In this document: positions 12,501 through 23,100 of the stretch, piece by piece
How the letters are laid out: each line of letters opens with the position of its first letter
How positions within the stretch are numbered: position 1 is the stretch's first letter
DNA from: Octopus bimaculoides
Taxonomy: Eukaryota
NCBI RefSeq assembly: GCF_001194135.2
Contig: NC_068997.1
Span: 6,775,387 to 6,838,923 of the forward strand
Length of the DNA stretch: 63,537 nucleotides
Direction: 5' to 3'
The notes under the pieces: generated by a model
Databases searched by the model: none
What the model saw: only the letters and a program-made list of their open reading frames with translations
Told to the model about the DNA's origin: nothing
Program-made: the position numbers and the translations under genes

Positions 12501-15500
12501 CGGTCCAGGTAGACATTTCAGTTTGGTACCTATTTTATCAATTTGTATTTATTGGGTGGCTGAGTTATCTTTTAATGCGAAACTGGTTTTTATTGACCGT
12601 CTTGTGCCAAATGCATAAACGAAGAAACGGTGACACGTAGACACTCATGCACGCGCACGGACGCACACAATACCTCTTTCTATTATTTACTCTGAACGAA
12701 AATTCTTTATAACGAAGTAATATGATAGCATTTTAAAGAAAACGTCAAAAGTCATTAACGTTTGTTTTTCGCTAAAAAATATAAATCTTTGTGCTGAGTC
12801 AAAAGATTTTGTGGACCGATCATGAGAAAGCCCAACATGGGAAAGCTGAATTTCAGAATACGGAAACTTGAAGAATCGAATGCTCAGGACACNNNNNNNN
12901 NNAGAAGACAACAAGAAGCAAAAGGACAGAATGAAGCGTTGGACCTTACCTTGCCGACCGCAGCGGGGTACACGATCGCTCCTAATCAGAACACGTCTTT
13001 CTCGTAACGTCGCTGTTTTCTCACTGGCCCCACGTGCTAGCCTTCGACCGCGTGTCGCAGACTTCCGATCTGACACTTCCGATCTGACCCTTCCGGTCTG
13101 GCCCTTCCGGTCTGGCTTCACCTCTGTTTGCCTCACCCCTCTCCACCACAACACACAGCTCATCACAGCCCATAACCACATATCCATTTTGAGGTAGCAT
13201 AATACAGAGTAAATATGATTCCTCAAATAAACTCCGTTTTAAAACTGTTAAATACATATTTTTAAGACCGTTTTCTTCTTATTTTCTCCTTAAGGTTCTG
13301 ACGTAGCATATAAAAACAAATGTGTTATTCTATGTCGCTCAAATAAACTCCCTTTTAAAATCGTAAATACATTTTTTAATGCCATTTATCATATTTTGCC
13401 CCAAAATATTTCTAAAATTCGGTGTTTCAAATATTCAGTCTCTCGAGCTTTCGACATTCCGATTTTAGGTTAATTTGAAATTTGGCCTTCTCAGGTTTTT
13501 GCCTCTCGCGTCAGGCCTTCACGCATTTGAACTTTATGATCCAAGTCCAAAGATGTCATCTGTAAATGTTTTTGCTAAACTTGAATACTTTTATCTAATG
13601 TCTGTCATCTTACTTCGTTTAGCAAAACTTTCCCCATATTCTTCGTATCAGAAAGTTTTTCTAGAATAAATGTGAACCACAAACTCGTAGGTTTTATTCA
13701 TTTACAACTCATGTCGATAGAAATCCATGTCATAACTAGTTACGAAATTTAATTTTCAGTGATGAACATATCAGATCTCGTGTGTACTTTGATGTTGCCT
13801 AGAAAATTGTGTTCTTTTTTATTAAGTTCCAGTATAATTCTTATTTCAGTAGCAAAAATAGCAACCTGCTCGGCCTTGGAGGTTCTGGAGGAATTTGTGG
13901 TGGCGGTAGATGTGCAATTTCCAAATCAATCAAGTGGGGAGACTACGACACTTTAAGTCATGAAATAGCTCATGGGTATGTACTTCGTAATAAAACAAAA
14001 CTTGCTGTTTAGGCTGGTCCTGGTCAAGTAGACCTATGATCAGGAACTTTTCAATTGTGACCAAACATGAAATTTAGCTGATATTTCTATAATATCAAAA
14101 GACCACTTAGAGGTTCCCTCGCTGGCTTTAAACGATGAAAGATATTTCAGAGCGATGACTCTTGGAGATTTTAAGAATAGTTTATTCATTACTTTAACAA
14201 CAAACTCATCTAAAAAATACCCCTTACGTTTCGTAGTTCTGGTTGGTTCGCGTCTCCAAATCAAGCTGGATTATTCGACCACATTCATTGACTCAGCTCC
14301 AATTCACCACTCACATTCTACTTCTCAGTATCTATTTTTTTCTTCCGTCTTTCTTGCCCTCTTCCTCCTTACTATCACTTTTCATCTCTCACCTTTCTCT
14401 CCACAAAAGTACAACCAAACGGTATTTCAAGAGACCAACAATTCGATTCTATGTCGATGTGATATGAGAGACATGGTCCCTGGTAATCACTGAAGACTGG
14501 ACTTATGAAGCTGTGTAGATATGACATTAATAAATCTTGTTATAATTTTTTAAATCTTGTTATAATTCTTTAAATCTTGTTATAATTCTTTAAATCTTTT
14601 TAAAACTTCAGATGAAGAAAAGTGTATTCTAATATTTCAAAGAATATTTGTTGTTGCTTTCAGTATTGATATTCCTCATGACGGTCATCCCAATTGTGCA
14701 AATTATACGGGAAGAAGTGGTGTAATGGGCGACAGAAACACTGGATGGAGCGTCTGCGCAGCAAAATACTTCGAAAGATGGTTAAAACGGTAATTCTTTA
14801 TAATATATTATGACAATAGAATCGAACAAACATTTAGTATTTTTGGAATCAATGTTGTGATGGTTTAGTCTAGGCTTAAAAACATAAGTTTAGGATAACT
14901 AAATACATATATTTTTTTCAATTTGTACTTTCGTTTACAGAATACGAACGTAACTTTCTCTCTCTATAGCAGGAGTCTGGAGAATGGTATTAGTGGTGGC
15001 AATGGTGTCAGTGGTAATGGTAGTGATCTCGTGTTATTAGTAATTACGATGTTGGTGCTGATAGTGTTTTTTGGTAGTAGCGTTTGGTGGCGGCGATGTC
15101 GGTGCCAATGATGGTAGTGACAGTGGTAATGATTGTGATGGTAGCAGTGTTAGGTGGTATTGACAGTGGAGGTTGTAGTAGTTGTGGTGCTTGTGGCAAC
15201 ACTAGTGAAGGCAGTGGTGTTGGTGGTAATGACCAATGGCATTATTGACAAAGACACTGGCAGCGTTGGTAACAACGAGTAACGATCACAGTTGTAGTAG
15301 CTTCCCATCTTCTTTATCTTCCTTCGGTGGAATTTAATGAATTGATAAAAATAAGTCAAGTTTGAAGTTCATATCGATTTGTGGGAATCCTATATTTTGC
15401 AAATTGGATAAATATTTACAAAATCTTTTTCTTTTAGTGGTAAAGGCAAATGTATGCAAGAAGAAAATGTTTCCGTCAGCGTAACCAAAGGAAAGACTCA

Positions 15501-18500
15501 TTCCATTGTAGATACTTTTGGTAGCGGATTACTACCTGGTAAGTGTGTGTGCCTTTTCACTTTTTACTTTATTATTTTTCTTCTGTCTTATTTTGTTATC
15601 TGATAGCTATATCTTGCTCTTTCACGTTCAGTGGATCGTTCTAAGATATATTTCCTGGTTTCTAGTTACAAAAGTGATTGTATCTTTAAACATGGAATTC
15701 AAGACAAACACTAAGTCCATCGACAATAAAGTCTTTGTTTAAACACTTGCCCATCTCGATTTACTGCAAAATACGAATAATTTTGTTAACCAAATTATAT
15801 TTCAATCTCAAAGAACCAATATATCCAATTGATTCTTGATTGGTTTGACCACACTGAATATCTGTATTATAGGTTTAATGTCAAAATAAGCAGTATTACA
15901 GAGAGGCAGTATCATTGTTCCTTCGTGAGGTTATTTGTTCTTTATTTCTAAAATAGTAACATTGCTTTTATTTTACTAGATAATGGATAAAGTTCGTTCC
16001 TGTTAGCCAGTTGGCATCACTTGATAGAACCACTAGTTGGATAACTGTCAGGTGTTGTACTAATTCTAGGTACTCGTTTCTACTCTAAGCACAAGGCTCA
16101 AAATTTTGGGGGAAGGGGCCAGTCGATTAGATCGATCCCAGTACGCAACTGGTACTTAATTTATCGACCCCAAAAGGATGAAAGGCAAAGTCGACCTCGG
16201 CGGAAATTGAACTCAGAACATAAAGACAGACGAAATACCACTAAGCATTCCGCCCGGTGTGCTAACGTTTCTGCCAGCTCACCGCCTTTAGCAATTCTAG
16301 GTATTAGAACGGCTACTGGACAGAGAATAACTCTGTGAGAAGCTTCTCATACTGCAAATAATCAGCTGTATTCCTTAACAAAAAGACTGAACTTTCATTT
16401 TGCTTTCATCAACGGAACTCATTGTTAGCTAATNNNNNNNNNNNNNNNNNNNNNNNNNNNNNNNNNNNNNNNNNNNNNNNNNNNNNNNNNNNNNNNNNNN
16501 NNNNNNNNNNNNNNNNNNNNNNNNNNNNNNNNNNNNNNNNNNNNNNNNNNNNNNNNNNNNNNNNNNNNNNNNNNNNNNNNNNNNNNNNNNNNNNNNNNNN
16601 NNNNNNNNNNNNNNNNNNNNNNNNNNNNNNNNNNNNNNNNNNNNNNNNNNNNNNNNNNNNNNNNNNNNNNNNNNNNNNNNNNNNNNNNNNNNNNNNNNNN
16701 NNNNNNNNNNNNNNNNNNNNNNNNNNNNNNNNNNNNNNNNNNNNNNNNNNNNNNNNNNNNNNNNNNNNNNNNNNNNNNNNNNNNNNNNNNNNNNNNNNNN
16801 NNNNNNNNNNNNNNNNNNNNNNNNNNNNNNNNNNNNNNNNNNNNNNNNNNNNNNNNNNNNNNNNNNNNNNNNNNNNNNNNNNNNNNNNNNNNNNNNTATA
16901 TATATATACAGCTGATGTGTTACGGCAAAGGATGTAAGCGTTGGCGGCAAATGGTGCTCTTGCTTCTTGAAAGAAGTTAAAGCAACGAATTACAGTCATT
17001 TCATTGTTACTATCACCATCAGAAATGCCGTGAATCAATGATTTGTGAGTTAGAAACATGTAACCAACGACAACATTATTCACAAATTGCAATATAAATA
17101 AAGTGAAAATTTCGTGAGCTAGAAACGAATTGACAGTAGATCGTGGACTTGGTTTGGGTTAATGAATAATCTCAACTCAACGAGCATGCTCACGTCGCAT
17201 AAACATTCTCAAGGAGATAAAAGAAACATTGAAATAGTTGTTAAATAACCGCAGATGAGATTCATATTAAATAACAGATACCATATTTTAATTCGTTCCA
17301 CAGCAACATACACGACTCCGGATGATTACTGCCGGATTAGGTACGGCAAAGGTTTCTCTTATATTGATTTATATCCGAAATATGTGAGTATATTTACTAT
17401 TATGTAAATCTTAAAAACTTTATTCATTTCTTTCCCACTAACTCATTTGATATTTAATCTTTAAAAATATATGCATGTATGTATGTATGTATGTATGTAT
17501 ATATATGTGTGTGTGTTTTATATATATATATATTTGTATACTCTTCAGAAATGTGGAATAATTTCGTGTGCCTACTTGGAAAAAGGAAACCAGTATGGGC
17601 GAATTAGAATCGACACGGGAGGGACAAATGGTCTTTCCTGCGGGCCACAAATGGTGAGTTATGTCTTTCACTCGATTCCTGTTTAACATGTATTTAAGAA
17701 ACATTGCTAAACTTCACTACAGCATTGCAAAACTGTCATAGCCAGATCCCTGAGTATTAACAGAAACTCTACTAAATGGATTCCAAGCTTTTGAAATGTA
17801 GGTATGTATGCGTGCCTGTGTGCGTGTACACTTTCAATTAAATTGACCCAGTTCTTCACTATGAATTTTATCGAATCAGAACCATGTAACACAAAGCGAT
17901 GAATACATTCCAAGTGTGTTTTTCTGGCGGGAATATAACTCATAATTTAACTTTATTCAAGTCTGAATCTGCAAAAAAACTATCTTCTCTTATCATTATA
18001 TCATAGCAATTATAGCAAGGGGTACTAAGCGAGAATAGACTCTTCCATTTCAGCAGATACCTTTTCGTTCTTTCTTTCTTTTTTTTTTGAACCCCAGTGG
18101 TTTTAAAAGACAACTTTATAAACAGATTTTCATGGAAGATATCTGTAAACTTGAGTTTATTTATCTTTTCACAATTAAGGTCAGTGTATTAGCGAATGCC
18201 GTTCTAACACTCTCTCGATTTACCTGCTGACAATTTAGGTTTGCCGTCCAAATAAGCGTTGTGAGAGTTTGAACGAAACTAATTTCTGGGCATCAGCTCC
18301 TGTGATAACAGGTGGTTGGAGTGCATGGAGTTCTTATTCACCCTGTGATCGAAAGTGTGGAACAGGCGTTACATTGTCCACACGACAATGTAACAATCCC
18401 AAGTAAGTAAATTTATTTGAAATTTATTTATCTAACCTGATGCAAGACATATCACTAATTTTCTGAGATTCTTATCTGACTTGAAACAAGCTGCTGACTT

Positions 18501-20070
18501 CCTAAGTCAACCTTTATAAATATGTGCTGATCTGTTTGAACACGCGAAACATTCTTCTTACTCCTACAAGAAACTTACTTGAAGTGTTTTTACAACTGCT
18601 GTAAGTTAATAATGTATCTCATCCTTAGACGGCTGTTGAACTTCAGCCATTATTGAGCAGACCTTTAGCATAAAGCTGGTCGGTCGATCGTCTCAAAATC
18701 CATTGTTTCAGATATACTAAGTTTCAGCGTAATTCAGGACTTGGTTCAAAAAATAAATGATTTTTTGAACCAGTTGAAGTCACACGAGATGTCGAAATAT
18801 TGTTCACTAGATAACAAATGGTACTCTTCTTTTAATTTTGACTCTATATCTTCAGGAGGAGTTACCTCAATCCTTTCTATATTATTATTATTAATAATAA
18901 TAATATTATAATAATAATAACAGTATGTATTGCAAAAGTCAACATTACTTGGAACTGCACGCGTATTACGTTAAGTACTGTTTATCTGAAATCCCCCGGT
19001 AGATACATCTTCAATCAACAACCTCACGATATTGTATACTGTGCGACGACTATAATAATAATAATAATAATAATAATAATGGTTTCAAACTTTGGTACAA
19101 GGCCAGCAAGTTTGGGGAAGGGGTTGAGTCGATTAAATCGACTCCAGTTTTCAACTGGTCCTTATTATATCGATCTCGAAAGGATGAAAGACAAAATTCC
19201 TTTCCAGTTCAAATAGTTATTATTACCATCCTTGCCACAACCACTAACATTGTCTTCATCATCATTAATCGATCTTCCAGAATCATTAGTACGCCGGACA
19301 AAATGTTTAGCAGCATTTCGACCGTCTTTATGTTCTGAGTTAAAATTCCGCCGAGGCCGACTTTGCCTTTCATCCTTTTTGAGAGTCGATAAATTAAGTA
19401 CCAGTTGGACATTTGAGTAATCGACTTGCCCACTCCTCTGAAATTGCTGGCTTTGTGCCAAAATAGGAAGCAATAAAACAATTATTATCATTATTACCAT
19501 CCTCGCCACAACTACTACCACACTCATTATTATTCATATAATAACATAATAATAATAAAATAATAATAATCATTTCTACTTTAAGTCCAAAGCCTGAAAT
19601 TTGAGAGAGTGGGGTAGCTACACGATTATACTGATCCCAATGGTTTAGCTGTTAGAAACTTTTTCAAAACTTTAATTTAGAAACTGTTGAAAAAAAAAAT
19701 GAGTGGAAATAGGGATTGAGTTTGCACACGTGTTTTATAGAAGCTGGTCCTCATTAATTAAATAACTATCTTAGCTGAAGACGACAAAGAAATGAAACCT
19801 TTGTTTTATATTTGCAGACCAGTTGGAACTGAATGGTGCAGAGGAAGCAGTGTCCGAGCCAAATTGTGTAATACCCATGTACGTACTATTATAATACTAT
19901 ATAAGTCATGTGTCGCTTATACTGTTTGACTAGCATATTATTAAATGCCCTGTCGGGCTGAATAGCGAATAATCTCTGTACACTTAATTGCACAATATTT
20001 TCCGTGATCATCGATTTGATGATCAACTTCAAGTAATTCCAATTTAAAAATACTTATAAAAACCACATTT

Positions 20071-20111
<41 letters not shown>

Positions 20112-23100
20112 TAGAATTTGTAAAAGTCTTCTAGAGACAGACTTTAATAATTACTTTCTTTTAGTAAAAGTTACATATTGCAAACTAATTACTAATTTAT
20201 AAGCAACTTTCTTTATTATAGTATAATGATAGTATTTAATACGTGTGTGTATATANNNNNNNNNNNNNNNNNNNNNNNNNNNNNNNNNNNNNNNNNNNNN
20301 NNNNNNNNNNNNNNNNNNNNNNNNNNNNNNNNNNNNNNNNNNNNNNNNNNNNNNNNNNNNNNNNNNNNNNNNNNNNNNNNNNNNNNNNNNNNNNNNNNNN
20401 NNNNNNNNNNNNNNNNNNNNNNNNNNNNNNNNNNNNNNNNNNNNNNNNNNNNNNNNNNNNNNNNNNNNNNNNNNNNNNNNNNNNNNNNNNNNNNNNNNNN
20501 NNNNNNNNNNNNNNNNNNNNNNNNNNNNNNNNNNNNNNNNNNNNNNNNNNNNNNNNNNNNNNNNNNNNNNNNNNNNNNNNNNNNNNNNNNNNNNNNNNNN
20601 NNNNNNNNNNNNNNNNNNNNNNNNNNNNNNNNNNNNNNNNNNNNNNNNNNNNNNNNNNNNNNNNNNNNNNNNNNNNNNNNNNNNNNNNNNNNNNNNNNNN
20701 NNNNNNNNNNNNNNNNNNNNNNNNNNNNNNNNNNNNNNNNNNNNNNNNNNNNNNNNNNNNNNNNNNNNNNNNNNNNNNNNNNNNNNNNNNNNNNNNNNNN
20801 NNNNNNNNNNNNNNNNNNNNNNNNNNNNNNNNNNNNNNNNNNNNNNNNNNNNNNNNNNNNNNNNNNNNNNNNNNNNNNNNNNNNNNNNNNNNNNNNNNNN
20901 NNNNNNNNNNNNNNNNNNNNNNNNNNNNNNNNNNNNNNNNNNNNNNNNNNNNNNNNNNNNNNNNNNNNNNNNNNNNNNNNNNNNNNNNNNNNNNNNNNNN
21001 NNNNNNNNNNNNNNNNNNNNNNNNNNNNNNNNNNNNNNNNNNNNNNNNNNNNNNNNNNNNNNTGGGGAAAGGGGAAAATGTCTAAAAATATAACACAATT
21101 GCTCCACATCCTTTCTTGAGCACTCAATTACTAATGGGGTCGTAGGAGCACCATTGTGAAATGACGCGTGTCTTGTGCACTTTAAACCTGGCAGAGTCCC
21201 TTCCCTCTCCAATCGAATTTTCCATGAAAGAAGGATGAAGAGAAGAGTAGACTTCATTCAATTCTCACTGAATGTAGACTTCAGTGAGAATTGAATTCAG
21301 AGTGGAGGGTCAGAACGAATTCCTTAAGTCTTTCTCTCCGACGATCCAACGACTCTGCTTACTCACCGATGATCGCTTCTATTTAATGCCTGATGGAAGA
21401 GAAAGTTTTAATTTATGTCGAATATTGTCTATATGTGAACAAAAAATTATTAAGGAAAAAATTAAAAAAAACCTAATTCTTCTATTTCTACATCTAACAG
21501 AACTTCGTTACTTCGTCCAATATCCACTTCGCTCAATTAAAGGTTTTGATGATCTTCATCGCCATTTCAACGTAAGTCCCTCGGAGTGTGCGTCTCTTTG
21601 TCTGAGAAATAATGATTGTCATTCTTTTGAATATAAAAGAGAACATCGAAAATGTGATCTTTCAACCAAAACAACGTCAAATCAAATGCTGAATGTGCAA
21701 GAGTATTGGGATCTGTATATACTGCCCTCACCAGGTGAGTTCTGTGTTGACCCTTTAGTATTCAGATTACGTCACAATGCTTATCAATCCACATTGATTT
21801 GAATTAATCAAGTATTATCATGCACCGTCAATATTTCTATGATGTGATTATTTAGTTTTAGACTGACATTGTAAGGTAGGTGTAAGAAGCCAGATCTGGC
21901 TGATTTAAACATAAAACAGGTAGAATATTTGGACTTGATATGGCTGGTTTAAATACAAAAGAGTTAAACTATTAGGTTGGCAACCGAGTTCCCGCCGTTT
22001 TATAAAATTTAAGGTTTTTAAAAGGTTTAATAAAAAATAACAACTAATTAATCAATAATGTATTCACCCTTGTTGTTTACAACTTCTTCCCAACGTTTAA
22101 CAAGATTTTCAATACCTCGTTGGTAGAAATCACCCGATTTCGACTTGAAAAATTGATCCAGCTAAGCTCTCGATTCTGCATCAATATTGAGCGAAACTCC
22201 GCGCATAACATTTGAAAGAGATGGAACGAGGTGGAAATCCGTTGGTGCCAAATAAGAAGAGTACAGTGGATGTGGCAGCACTTCCCAGCCATGCGTTTGA
22301 GTGGCTTCCTTGGTCATATTGGCGATATGACGGTGGGTGTTATCGTGCAGCAGAAAAACGCCAACACAATAGTATTGGAGTTTCTTCTTTTGACCATTTT
22401 GTAAATTTCGGGTGAAATTGCAGCTATCTGCAGAAATTTAATTTAGCATGAAATAATAAAAGCAACAGTGAATGTAACTTTTTTGTAAACATCCCAACAA
22501 ACATTTGAATATAATCCAGTAGACATTTGTATAAATAAAGTATTTATAATTTTATTGATACAGATTTCCATATTTACAACCATTCACATAAATTTAGAAA
22601 TCTAGAAAGTATCTCAGATAGAAAGCTGCATTTAAGTTTGATAACAAACTGTTCAATTATGGTGTTATATTGTAAATTAATATAAGAGCTGTCTCCACTG
22701 AATATGTCGATGCGAACAAATGGGTCCGCAATACCATCACAGCAGCGTATTCTAAAGTCTCAGTACAGGAATATAGACAAGAAACGAAGAACGGTTGACC
22801 GTAACATATCAACAGTTATTTCGAGATGAACATAAATTAATGAGATTTATAAATTGATTTGTTGTGAGGAGTGAAAAAAATCTAAGGTTTTGGCAACTCG
22901 TTTATCTTTCAAGAGAGTGAAAGCGGGTATCAAGGGAGAGAGAGGGGGAAAGAGAGGAGGAGAGTAATATTAGTACATGACAGTATCATCATGTTAGAAA
23001 ATAACGTGTAAGTCCGAGATTAATAGTTATTATGTTGTTTCTTTCCTAAATTGAAACCTCTGAAATATCTTCGGCGATTACTCATTTCCATTCCTCTTTG

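Noticed and set aside
14531-14598. Short tandem arrays as CRISPR-like loci
   Set aside because: Eukaryotic context and no unique spacers; ordinary minisatellites.
14940-15300. Gly/Ser/Val- or Thr-rich ORFs
   Set aside because: Degenerate (GGT/AGT)n simple repeat within an intron.
21284-21500. 5' part of the 172-aa ORF, including LMPDG that resembles the Cys-rich exon
   Set aside because: Intronic read-through upstream of the true acceptor at 21500; the LMPDG match lacks the following cysteines.
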